NCBI GenBank assembly: GCA_964644125.1
Contig: CAZXVE010000001.1
Location: 1-39,401, forward strand
Length of the DNA stretch: 39,401 bases
Direction: 5' to 3'
Source of the DNA: an uncultured Muribaculaceae bacterium
GTDB taxonomy: Bacteria; Bacteroidota; Bacteroidia; Bacteroidales; UBA932
The notes beneath the pieces are model-generated. The model worked only from the letters and a program-made list of their open reading frames with translations. It had not been told where the DNA came from and ran no database searches. The position numbers were made by a program, and so were the translations under genes. Positions 1 to 8,923 of this stretch are shown here, in pieces; within the stretch, counting starts at the first letter, position 1, and every line of letters starts with the position of its first letter.

Positions 1-59
1 AACGGATAGAACGGAGGTTTCCTAAACCTTAAATATAGGTTCGATTCCTATTGGGGCTA
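1..59 (+). tRNA. tRNA-Arg(CCT), 5' end cut off by the window edge
   Basis: D-loop remnant AACGGATAGAAC; anticodon arm GAGGT-TT-CCT-AA-ACCTT (CCT at 21-23); T-arm ATAGG-TTCGATT-CCTAT; 3' acceptor strand TGGGGCT plus discriminator A; CCA not encoded. Confidence 0.93.
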
Positions 60-98
60 CAAAGGAGGCACGCTTTATGGCGTGCCTCCTTTGTTGTT
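59..98. terminator. Intrinsic terminator between the tRNA and the convergent kinase gene, probably bidirectional
   Basis: Perfect 15-bp inverted repeat ACAAAGGAGGCACGC / GCGTGCCTCCTTTGT with a 6-nt loop and T-rich tail. Confidence 0.85.
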
Positions 99-119
99 GG
101 CTGTAACCGTAGTTACTTT

Positions 120-3100
120 CTAAATGCGTGGAAAGCGAACGGTGAAACATGCTCCCTTCAGTGTGAATGACTTGGAATAGGAGATCTCTCCGTTGCACTT
201 TTCCAGGATACTTCTGCAGATTGACAGTCCAAGCCCTGTCCCGTTGCTCTTTGTCGTGAAATTAGGAGTGAAGAGTTTCGAATGGTTCTCATCGCTTACT
301 CCCGGGCCGTTGTCCTCAAACACTATGTCATAGTAGCCTTCCTTTGAAGACAGTCTCAGGGACACCACTATTCTGCCCATGAACGGTTCTTCCCCTTTTT
401 CCTTCGACTCCGCCTGCACGCTTTCAATGGCTTGTACGGCATTGTTGATCAGATTCGTGAACACTCGCGTCAACTGAGGCTTAGGCCCTTTGACAGTCGC
501 GTTGTCCAATCCCAGATAGGAAAAGCTGATGTTGTCTCTGCTGTCGAACAGATCTATCTCCTCTTTCAGAAGTTTGTCAAGATTGATCTCTACCGGCTCT
601 TCCGTGTAGAGCTTTGCAAAAGTCGAAAACTCGTTGGCAGTGTCCGCAAGCAGGTCTATCTGGCCAAGAACTTCAGTTGAAATCTCATCAAATCTGTCGG
701 CCCAGGCCGGATTGCCGTTCTTCTTCATCCTGATGAGTCTCTGGATCTGTAACTTGATAGGCGTCAACGGGTTCTTGATTTCATGAGCCACCTGTCGTGC
801 CATGGTTGCCCAGGCCTTGTCCCTTTCCGCCTGCGTGAGTTTCCTGGTGGAGTTGTACAGGTCATGAACCATCAGATTATAGGCCCGCACAAGGCTCGCG
901 ACTTCATCGTCCCGCTCGTAAACGATATATTCAAGATTGTTGATGTTGGCTTCGTTCATTTTGCGTCCCATTTCCGAGAGAGGCTTGAACATCTTGTCCA
1001 CGGCCGTGGCAGTGATGAAGCGGGCGAGCAACAGAAGGATCATGAACACCGTTATGACCGAAATGGAGTGCAGCACTGCCTCTGACTTGAAGTCAAAGCT
1101 CTCGTCGGTGAACGGAGAACACATTATCGCTATCATCTTTCCCTGCGCGTTGAACACCGGAGCATAAAGGAAATATGTCCGCTTGGATCCGACGTTCTCT
1201 TTGCCGATGTAGTACCTGTTGTTCTTGAATATGATGCTTTCGTACGCGTCCTGATTCATTCTTGATCCCAAAAGCATCATGTCGAACACTTCCGGTGTGG
1301 TTGATCTGAATTCCTTGCCGCTTGTAGTGTACAGCGTGATGTCGGACTTCATCGTGTTGCTGATGTCCTCCAGTATGCCAGACGCTTCCTGTGCGCTGAA
1401 TTCGGTGAAATCATGAATGTACCGGCATCTGGCCTGAAGCATTGTCTGCAGCGAATTGATCTTGTCCGCCATGGAGGATTTGAGGTTGGCATTGTTCCTT
1501 CGGTAGACAAAGAGTACGCTTACGGTAGCCAGGGCTATCAGCGTCATGATCAAAGCCATCATCATCGCCGAGTTTATCCTTGACTTGTAGTAATTGCTTT
1601 CGCGATGTTTCGGATGAATGCGGGTGAGCGTGAGAAGTGAAAGGCAGAAATAAAAGATCAAGGTCAGGAACAGGAATTCGACAATGTAGGTGAAATTGTC
1701 TGTCTTGGGTCTGGACACTATGATAAGGTCATCATCCGATATCCGGTTGATGAAGTGGGTGTAGCCGTTCATCCGTACGACCCCGTCCTCAGCTTCGCTG
1801 ATTTCGTGCTCAAGAGTTTCATCGACGATTGTAGGATAGGAATAGTTGCCCTTGTAGGATGTAAGAGCCCTGCTGGAGTACTTGGCGTAGGAATATCTTG
1901 CCGGAATCAGTACGTCCCCGGGAGCTGAATATCCCAGCAGGTGAGCATAGCCTTTGTTCCCCCTGCTGGATTTCGGGGATATTCTCAGAAGCATCATCGT
2001 CACTCCGTCACCATAGTTGTAGTAGGCGAAACTGCCGGCGTAGAGGCCGTGCCCTCCTTCGTCTCTCATGTAGCGGAACCGTGATCCTTCCGAAATGGGA
2101 ACACCCCTTGTCACCATATCGGTGAAGTAGCCGATAGCCTGCTTGTCCTTCTCATTTTCAGGAAACAGTTCCACCGTCATGTCATAGTTCTGCGAAGCTC
2201 TCAGCATGTAGTACTCTATGATTCTGTTGAGAATGATGCTGTTGCCGTTCCTGATCATGGCAAGTGCCGAAATCAGCTGGTCGGACGCGATCTTGTCTTC
2301 CACACGTCTCAGTTCAAGTTCCAGGCTGATATCCCGTTCGATGGACAGTCTGTTGGCCCACACGTTGACCCTGTTCTGCTCCTTGCGGAATCCAAGCGTT
2401 CCGGTCATGACAACCATGTAGGCCGCGAACACTATTGCGGTGATTGTCCGGCTTCCGGCAGAATACAGATCGAGTCTTATTCCGTGCAGGTGTTTGAGTA
2501 CCGGCATGATCATCTGCACCAGCAGCGGGATTGTCATGAGAAGTCCTGTGAGAATAAGGTAGACAAGGAAACTGTACACATTGACGTCGTTCAGTCTGTA
2601 AATCTCAAGCGAGATGTTCGAGTTGAGTATGACGCTCTTCAGCATGACATGGATGAACATCGACACGCCGATGATCATGGCCGTCAGACATGACGCATAA
2701 ATCCGGAACATCCCTTTTATGTGATTGGCTCTGAGAATTCTCCGGCAGATGTCGTTCCTTGTCGCAAAGACGCAGCAGATGCTCAGTATGATGAGCAGCG
2801 AGACCACGGCCACGGCTCCCAGCGAGCTGAACAGCTGCCCGTCGGCATAAACCGTAGGTGAGAAGAGAGAGGAACTGTTCTTTATGTTTTCGCCCCAGAG
2901 GAGGGTCGCTATGATTACGGCGAACAATCCGGCAAGAACCAGCACAAGCCTTTTGAGAGTCTTCTTCCCGAACAGATGCAGCAGCGATGCTATGATGAAG
3001 CATCCGATTGTGAACCAGATCAGCGTAGAATGCGTGGCGGCTGAACGTCCGGAGGCGGAATCGGTCACGATTTTGAACACCGGTTTCCCTTTTATGATGA

Positions 3101-3680
3101 CGGCGGAGCCGCTGCTCTCGGACAATGGTACGATGGAGAAGCTTCTCCCCAACCTGAGTTTGTCATTTACTCCGTTCGGGCTGTCTTCAGACATCGAATC
3201 GACAATCTCGAGTCCGGCTATGACTTTGCGGCTTCCAAGGGTTTTCGATTTCACAAGATACCATTTCTGACCGTAATTCACGAATGATGGCTCCTCCGTT
3301 ACCTCGGAGAGAGGAGAAATCGTGCTTTCCTTGAGCCTGGAAAGTCTGGTGAAAACTATTTTGGGGGCTATGTCGTCGTTCCGTACCGGGAACTGGTTGC
3401 TCCATGACTGGAGTGTGTCATCGATGTACCTGTAGATGACCATGTCATGCGGTACATCGTCATGCCCGGCCCAGACCCTGCGGTCTGCGGTAAGGGCTGA
3501 ATTGACATATTCATCGAGCAACTGCATCCTCGTCGTGACATTCCGGCCGACTCTGCGCGCCTCCCTTTCCGTGTTTCCCGGAAGGTTGCTTGTGGACAAC
3601 GAGAACAACAGGAGAATCACGGCCAGTGCCAGGAATCCTCCTGCAAGACAACTTTTTATGCCAAACCTTCTTTTGCTCAT
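120..3680 (-). CDS. Multi-pass membrane sensor histidine kinase (NtrY-like; HAMP-HisKA-HATPase_c), 1186 aa
   Basis: H-box MARQVAHEIKNPLTPI, N-box NLINNA, G1 EDNGPGV, F/G2 LFTPNFTTK..GTGLGL; HAMP-like segment before the H-box; many N-terminal TM helices. Confidence 0.92.
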   Translation of the reverse strand: MSKRRFGIKSCLAGGFLALAVILLLFSLSTSNLPGNTEREARRVGRNVTTRMQLLDEYVNSALTADRRVWAGHDDVPHDMVIYRYIDDTLQSWSNQFPVRNDDIAPKIVFTRLSRLKESTISPLSEVTEEPSFVNYGQKWYLVKSKTLGSRKVIAGLEIVDSMSEDSPNGVNDKLRLGRSFSIVPLSESSGSAVIIKGKPVFKIVTDSASGRSAATHSTLIWFTIGCFIIASLLHLFGKKTLKRLVLVLAGLFAVIIATLLWGENIKNSSSLFSPTVYADGQLFSSLGAVAVVSLLIILSICCVFATRNDICRRILRANHIKGMFRIYASCLTAMIIGVSMFIHVMLKSVILNSNISLEIYRLNDVNVYSFLVYLILTGLLMTIPLLVQMIMPVLKHLHGIRLDLYSAGSRTITAIVFAAYMVVMTGTLGFRKEQNRVNVWANRLSIERDISLELELRRVEDKIASDQLISALAMIRNGNSIILNRIIEYYMLRASQNYDMTVELFPENEKDKQAIGYFTDMVTRGVPISEGSRFRYMRDEGGHGLYAGSFAYYNYGDGVTMMLLRISPKSSRGNKGYAHLLGYSAPGDVLIPARYSYAKYSSRALTSYKGNYSYPTIVDETLEHEISEAEDGVVRMNGYTHFINRISDDDLIIVSRPKTDNFTYIVEFLFLTLIFYFCLSLLTLTRIHPKHRESNYYKSRINSAMMMALIMTLIALATVSVLFVYRRNNANLKSSMADKINSLQTMLQARCRYIHDFTEFSAQEASGILEDISNTMKSDITLYTTSGKEFRSTTPEVFDMMLLGSRMNQDAYESIIFKNNRYYIGKENVGSKRTYFLYAPVFNAQGKMIAIMCSPFTDESFDFKSEAVLHSISVITVFMILLLLARFITATAVDKMFKPLSEMGRKMNEANINNLEYIVYERDDEVASLVRAYNLMVHDLYNSTRKLTQAERDKAWATMARQVAHEIKNPLTPIKLQIQRLIRMKKNGNPAWADRFDEISTEVLGQIDLLADTANEFSTFAKLYTEEPVEINLDKLLKEEIDLFDSRDNISFSYLGLDNATVKGPKPQLTRVFTNLINNAVQAIESVQAESKEKGEEPFMGRIVVSLRLSSKEGYYDIVFEDNGPGVSDENHSKLFTPNFTTKSNGTGLGLSICRSILEKCNGEISYSKSFTLKGACFTVRFPRI

Positions 3681-4150
3681 TCGTGATGGTAAGGTTCCCC
3701 TTTGATGATGGTGAAGGCCCTGTAAAGCTGCTCGGTGAATATGACTCTGACCATCTGGTGCGAGAATGTCATCTTTGACAACGATATTTTCCCGTCACAT
3801 CTGTCATAGACCGCTTCGGAGAAACCGTAGGCGCCCCCTATGATGAATACGATATCTTTGCCTCCGCCAAGCATCATTCTTCTGATCTCTTCAGCGAACT
3901 CGACTGATCTGAACTCTTTCCCGTGTTCGTCAAGCAGGATGACTCTGTCTGCCGGTTTGATGTTCTTGAGCAGAAGTTCTCCCTCCTTGTCCTTTATCTG
4001 AACTTTGGTGAGGGAGGAAGTGTTCTTGAGTTCGGGGATTTCGCAGATGCTGAACGGCACATAGTGAACCAGCCTGGATGAATATGTCTCCAGACCTTTT
4101 CTGACCCAATCTATGTCGGTTTTCCCGACTGTCAGCAAACTGATCTTCAT
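3677..4150 (-). CDS. rlmH: 23S rRNA (pseudouridine1915-N3)-methyltransferase RlmH
   Basis: MKISLLTVGK...LDEHGK...FIIGGAYG...SLSKMTFSHQMVRVIFTEQLYRA...GEPYHHE. Start moved to ATG 4150; 4-bp ATGA overlap with the kinase gene. Confidence 0.97.
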   Translation of the reverse strand: MKISLLTVGKTDIDWVRKGLETYSSRLVHYVPFSICEIPELKNTSSLTKVQIKDKEGELLLKNIKPADRVILLDEHGKEFRSVEFAEEIRRMMLGGGKDIVFIIGGAYGFSEAVYDRCDGKISLSKMTFSHQMVRVIFTEQLYRAFTIIKGEPYHHE

Positions 4151-4155
4151 GAATG

Positions 4156-4163
4156 CAAAAATA
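4156..4163 (-). promoter_or_regulatory. Bacteroidetes sigma-A -7 element for rlmH
   Basis: TATTTTTG on the minus strand (TAnnTTTG consensus), 5 nt before the rlmH ATG. Confidence 0.65.
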
Positions 4164-4194
4164 AGAACATGTCTTGATTTTTCAAAGCGGAACA

Positions 4195-4209
4195 TGGCTC
4201 GGAATTTGT
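4195..4209 (+). promoter_or_regulatory. Candidate sigma-54 -24/-12 promoter for DUF4783-DUF5686
   Basis: TGGCTCG-GAAT-TTGT against consensus TGGCACG-N4-TTGC; no TAnnTTTG box seen on this strand in the intergenic gap. Confidence 0.4.
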
Positions 4210-4227
4210 AACGACAATCCTTTTGCT

Positions 4228-4632
4228 ATGAAGACCTTTGCAAAGATGGTCGCAGCATTGGCTGCCATGATTTTCTGTGTCAGCGGCACCGCGCTCGCTG
4301 ACGGTTACGATGTGTTTGTGCCGATTGCCAAATATCTCGGGCAAGGCGATGCTGAGAAACTCTCTGCATGGTTTGACGACAATCTGGAAATCACGATCAT
4401 GTCCACGACCAATGACTCGAGCAAGAATCAGGCTAAACAGATTCTCAAGGTCTTCTTTGACAATCATACTCCACGTTCATTTGAAATCCGTCACACGGCA
4501 TCCAGGACCAACTCCAAGTATGCCCTGGGTTTTCTGAATGCAGGAGGAGAGGTTTTTGAAGTCACGATTTTTGTCAGCAGCAGCGGAGGAAGTTACAGGA
4601 TCCAGCAGTTGAAGATAGACAGAATCCGGTGA
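4228..4632 (+). CDS. DUF4783 family exported protein
   Basis: Signal peptide MKTFAKMVAALAAMIFCVSGTALA; G.AEKLSAWFDDNLEI..SKNQAKQILK.FF pattern typical of DUF4783. Start moved to ATG 4228. Confidence 0.8.
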   Translation: MKTFAKMVAALAAMIFCVSGTALADGYDVFVPIAKYLGQGDAEKLSAWFDDNLEITIMSTTNDSSKNQAKQILKVFFDNHTPRSFEIRHTASRTNSKYALGFLNAGGEVFEVTIFVSSSGGSYRIQQLKIDRIR

Positions 4633-4654
4633 TTCAAATCATGCAAACCATAAA

Positions 4655-7189
4655 ATGAAATCCGATTTAAGACATATTTTACAAATATTGTCTGTGACCA
4701 TACTGTTGGCTTATCTTCCTTTTACCGATGTGTCTGCTCAAGCGACCAAGGTGAAAGGCCGCGTCGTGGATGCCTCCACTGGAGAAGGAATCCCGTTCGC
4801 GGGAGTATATTTCAAGAACTCCACTGTCGGAGTGTCGGCGGACATGGACGGCTGCTTTTCTCTTGAAACAAGGGATACTCTAAGTCTGCTTACGGCATCC
4901 ATACTTGGCTACGAGGAGCAGATGATAAAAGTAACCAGACACAGTTTCAACGAGGTGAACTTTTCGCTGAAACCTGTCCTGGATGAACTCAACGCCGCGG
5001 TGGTGAAACCTGACGACAGTTACATGCGTCTGATTCTCAAGAGGATCGATGAGGCCAAAGACCGGAACAATCCTGAAAGACGGCAGCGGTACAGTTGCGA
5101 TGTCTACACGAAGATGGAATTGGATGTGACGAATCCGGAGAATCCTATGATCGGCAGCTTTCTGCCGGATGACTTCAAGTTCATCTATGACTACTTGGAC
5201 ACATCGGTCGTTTCCGGAATGCCGTATCTTCCGGTTCTTATCTCAGAGACAACATCCCGGTACCATCATCGGAGAGATCCGGTGTCAGACAGGGAGGTCA
5301 TTACTGCAAACCGTATCTCAGGAGTTGACAACAACCCCGTGTTGTCACAGTTTACCGGCAATATGTACGTGAAGACGAATTTCTACGACAACTTCATCAA
5401 CATTTTCCAGGTAGAGATTCCATCCCCGCTATCATCGGCAGGAATGGCATATTATAATTACTATCTTGTTGACAGCCTCGATGTTGAAGGCCGTAAGACC
5501 TACAAGATAAGATTTCATCCTTCCAAGTGGGTCTCATCCCCGACATTCGATGGGGAGATGTCTGTGGATGCTGAGGATTATGCGCTCAGGAATATTCATG
5601 CAAGATTGAAGAAAGGATCCAATGTGAACTGGGTCAGGGATATGGCCATCGATGTCGAGAACCGCCGCCTTCCTGATTCTACCTGGTTCTACAAGCAGGA
5701 CAGGATGTATGTGGATTTCTCGCCCACGATGAGAGACTCTTCGAAGATGGTTACATTTCTGGGGAACCGTCAGATAGACTATTCAAATCCTGATTTCGTG
5801 ACCTTGTTCAAGGAAGACAAGGATGACATCGCCGCGCAGGTGCAGGCCGGGAAGAACGTCATCAACAATGATGACGGTTACTGGCAGAGTGTCCGCCCTT
5901 ATCCTTTGAGTGAAAAGGAGCAGGGAATCTACAACATGGTGGACTCCATCAAGAACGTTCCGCTCTACAAGGATGTGTATGCTCTGGCTGACATGATAGT
6001 GAACGGATTCCTTAACATCGGGTATGTAGGTTTCGGCCCATATTCTTCGGTCTACAGTTTCAATGAACTGGAAGGCAGCCGTGTCCAGCTTGGAATCCGT
6101 ACGACCAAGGAGTTGAGCCGGAGATTCAGGGTCATGGGGTATGCCGCCTACGGCTTCAAGGACAGAACATGGAAAGGTGGAGGAACTTTCGAGTACATGT
6201 TCAACAATCAGCCGACACGCAAACTGACAGTTTCGTACAAGCATGATGCGATGCAGTTGGGTAAGGGATCTTCAATCTATGGAAGCGGCAGTCTGATGTC
6301 TTCCGTACTGGCAAAGGCCAACAGTCAGAAGATGAGCATGGTGAATGACTATTCCATTTCCTGGCAGCATGAGTGGTCTCAGAATTTCAACACAATTCTC
6401 GCTCTTGAAAGCCGTCGTGTCTTTTCCAACGCATCTGTCCCCATGTTGTCTCCTGACGGAGTGCAGTTCAATTCCGCAGGGTACAATCAGGCCCATCTTC
6501 AACTGCGTTTTTCCAAAGATGAAATTGTCACGAGAGGCGCGTTTGAAAAATACTATGTGTACTCGAAATATCCTATAGTTACCCTTGACCTGATAGGCTC
6601 GGTGAAAGGAATAGGCAGGAATGAATATTCTTATTTCCGTCCCGAGCTCTCCATGCATTACACTCTGAATGTTCCGCCTTTGGGGCTTTCGAAGTTCGAC
6701 TTCAACGCCGGAACCGTCGTGGGCCGTGTCCCGTATCCGATGCTCAAGATTCATGAAGGTAACGGAACCTACACCTTTTCCAGGAATTCCTTTGCATGCA
6801 TGGACTACTATGAATTTGCATCAGATTTGTGGACTACTTTGTTCTGGGAACACAATTTCAAAGGCTTCTTCCTGGGCAAGATTCCTTTGCTCAGGAGACT
6901 GCAATGGCGCGAGGTTGCCTCTTTGAGAGCTGCCTACGGAACAATAAGAAAAGAAAACAACGGTATTCTGGCTGAAGGAGAGCAGGGGGCGGTCATGCTC
7001 TTCCCGGAGAAGATGAACAAACTCAACCGCCCTTACGTCGAGATGGGTGTGGGAATTACCAACATATTCAGGTTCCTCAGGATAGACGCATTCTGGAGAA
7101 TGACCCACCGTTATGAGATCAAGGACGGTGTGAGAACTCCGCACGACAACCGTTTCGTGCTCAATTTCGGGCTTGAATTCAGATTCTGA
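4655..7189 (+). CDS. DUF5686 family outer-membrane protein with N-terminal carboxypeptidase-regulatory-like domain
   Basis: Signal peptide; VKGRVVDASTGEGIPFAGVYF (CarboxypepD_reg-like); PYVEMGVGITNIF motif; C-terminal Phe as in beta-barrels. Confidence 0.82.
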   Translation: MKSDLRHILQILSVTILLAYLPFTDVSAQATKVKGRVVDASTGEGIPFAGVYFKNSTVGVSADMDGCFSLETRDTLSLLTASILGYEEQMIKVTRHSFNEVNFSLKPVLDELNAAVVKPDDSYMRLILKRIDEAKDRNNPERRQRYSCDVYTKMELDVTNPENPMIGSFLPDDFKFIYDYLDTSVVSGMPYLPVLISETTSRYHHRRDPVSDREVITANRISGVDNNPVLSQFTGNMYVKTNFYDNFINIFQVEIPSPLSSAGMAYYNYYLVDSLDVEGRKTYKIRFHPSKWVSSPTFDGEMSVDAEDYALRNIHARLKKGSNVNWVRDMAIDVENRRLPDSTWFYKQDRMYVDFSPTMRDSSKMVTFLGNRQIDYSNPDFVTLFKEDKDDIAAQVQAGKNVINNDDGYWQSVRPYPLSEKEQGIYNMVDSIKNVPLYKDVYALADMIVNGFLNIGYVGFGPYSSVYSFNELEGSRVQLGIRTTKELSRRFRVMGYAAYGFKDRTWKGGGTFEYMFNNQPTRKLTVSYKHDAMQLGKGSSIYGSGSLMSSVLAKANSQKMSMVNDYSISWQHEWSQNFNTILALESRRVFSNASVPMLSPDGVQFNSAGYNQAHLQLRFSKDEIVTRGAFEKYYVYSKYPIVTLDLIGSVKGIGRNEYSYFRPELSMHYTLNVPPLGLSKFDFNAGTVVGRVPYPMLKIHEGNGTYTFSRNSFACMDYYEFASDLWTTLFWEHNFKGFFLGKIPLLRRLQWREVASLRAAYGTIRKENNGILAEGEQGAVMLFPEKMNKLNRPYVEMGVGITNIFRFLRIDAFWRMTHRYEIKDGVRTPHDNRFVLNFGLEFRF

Positions 7190-7243
7190 CACGTTGCAGG
7201 GTCTGTCTTTTGAAAAAAAATGCCGGAATCACGATTATCTTGG

Positions 7244-7251
7244 TAACTTTG
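7244..7251 (+). promoter_or_regulatory. -7 promoter element for lnt
   Basis: TAACTTTG with an upstream TTTG near 7209; 8 nt before ATG 7260. Confidence 0.6.
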
Positions 7252-7259
7252 TGTCCGTT

Positions 7260-8861
7260 ATGTCCAGAAAGTTGACAATTTTTTTGCTGATTGTTGTTTC
7301 GTCAGCATTGTTGAGCGTTCCGTTCCTGGTCCCCGGAACCGGATGGTTGTCCATGATTGCATTCGTGCCGCTCCTTTGGGCGGAGAACCTGGCCACGGGT
7401 GATGGGATGAAGGGCTTCTGTCTGTGGCATTACCTCTGTTTCGTCTTATGGAATGCCGCCACCACCTTCTGGGTCTGCAACGCAACTGTCGGAGGCGGAA
7501 TATTCGCAATACTTGCCAATGCTTTTCAGATGTCGCTCATCTTCGGGCTGTTCAGGTGGAGCCGGAAATGGCTTACCGGGGCGCTTCCCTACATATTCCT
7601 GGCCTTTGCCTGGATTGCATGGGAACGATGGTATCTTACTTCCGCCCAGATAAGCTGGCCCTGGCTCGTACTCGGCAACGCTTTCGCCCGCACCACAAAC
7701 TGGATTCAATGGTATGAATATACCGGAACGCTCGGCGGATCGCTTCTGATCTGGGCGGCCAATCTCAGTTTGTTCGGAATTCTGGAATCACTTGCGGACG
7801 GGCGCTGGATGACCTTCAACCGGAAAGCCAAATCTGCTGCATTGGCGGGTACTGTGCTTCTGTTTGCTGCACCTCCGGTTCTGTCTGCTTTTCTTAAGCC
7901 GGAACCTTGTGATGAGATGCTGGATGTCGTCATCGCCCAGCCTAACATTGACCCCTATGACAAATTCGGAGGAATGACGCAGGAAGAACAGAATGAATTG
8001 CTTACCGGTCTGCTCTGCGATGTTCCGGACAGCGTTCCCGTGCTTCTTGTCGCTCCGGAGACATTTACTGGTGATGTCGTGACCAATGACCCTGATGCCA
8101 GCCCTTCAGTCAGAAAGTTCAAGTCTTTCCTTGCTGAGCATCCGAATGCCAGTCTGCTGGTCGGGGCATCTTCGAGGACATATCTCAGAAGGGCTCTCAA
8201 GCCATCTCATACCGCCCGCAGAGTGGGAGACGGGGTTTGGATGGAGACACACAACTCTGCATTGATGCTGAACGCTTTCGACTCTCCGGAGATATTCCAT
8301 AAAAGCAAGCTTGTCGTGGCGGTCGAGATGACACCTTATCCGGCATTGTTCTGCAAGATAGATGATTGGCTCGGTGGTGTCATGGGGCGCAACATCGGTC
8401 AGAAGGAGACTGTACCACTGCATTTCAAGGAATATTGCAGCGCTGACTCCGCAAAATCCGTCCCTGTTGGCTGCGCGGTCTGCTACGAGTCTGTCTATGG
8501 TGAATATTGTACGCGGTATGTCCGCAACGGAGCCCGGCTTTTGTCCGTTATCACCAATGATGCCTGGTGGGGTGACACACCAGGTTACATCCAGCACCTG
8601 TCATATTCCAGCCTTCGTGCGATTGAGACACGGCGTTGGATTGTCAGAAGTGCCAACACCGGCATTTCCGCCATCATCGATCCGACCGGCAAAGTGGTCG
8701 ACCGTACGGGATGGTGGCAACCGGATGTCCTGAAAGGGAAGGCGGGTCTCAGTGACGAACAGACCTTTTTTGTCATCCATGGTGACTTCATCGGCCGTAT
8801 CGCTACCTTGATGGCGGTTCTGATCTTTTTCGGATCCCTTGTCCGCCGCTTCCCCCGTTAG
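7260..8861 (+). CDS. lnt: Apolipoprotein N-acyltransferase
   Basis: N-terminal TM bundle; QPNID, PET, FHKSKLV, VCYESVY (E-K-C triad), ITNDAWWG, RAIETRR, RSANTGISA. Start moved to ATG 7260. Confidence 0.93.
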   Translation: MSRKLTIFLLIVVSSALLSVPFLVPGTGWLSMIAFVPLLWAENLATGDGMKGFCLWHYLCFVLWNAATTFWVCNATVGGGIFAILANAFQMSLIFGLFRWSRKWLTGALPYIFLAFAWIAWERWYLTSAQISWPWLVLGNAFARTTNWIQWYEYTGTLGGSLLIWAANLSLFGILESLADGRWMTFNRKAKSAALAGTVLLFAAPPVLSAFLKPEPCDEMLDVVIAQPNIDPYDKFGGMTQEEQNELLTGLLCDVPDSVPVLLVAPETFTGDVVTNDPDASPSVRKFKSFLAEHPNASLLVGASSRTYLRRALKPSHTARRVGDGVWMETHNSALMLNAFDSPEIFHKSKLVVAVEMTPYPALFCKIDDWLGGVMGRNIGQKETVPLHFKEYCSADSAKSVPVGCAVCYESVYGEYCTRYVRNGARLLSVITNDAWWGDTPGYIQHLSYSSLRAIETRRWIVRSANTGISAIIDPTGKVVDRTGWWQPDVLKGKAGLSDEQTFFVIHGDFIGRIATLMAVLIFFGSLVRRFPR

Positions 8862-8887
8862 ATTCCTCTCGGATGATTCCAGCGTAA

Positions 8888-8923
8888 ACAAAAAGAAAGG
8901 GGACTAAAGCCTGTCCCCTTTCT
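8888..8923 (-). terminator. Intrinsic terminator overlapping the stop codon of the RNase E/G gene
   Basis: 11-bp inverted repeat AGAAAGGGGAC / GTCCCCTTTCT (8894-8923) followed by a T-run on the minus strand. Confidence 0.7.

Noticed and set aside
1..120. tRNA-Arg 3' end as an integration site for a genomic island
   Set aside because: A terminator and core-type genes follow directly; I saw no integrase and no duplicated tRNA 3' end in the window.
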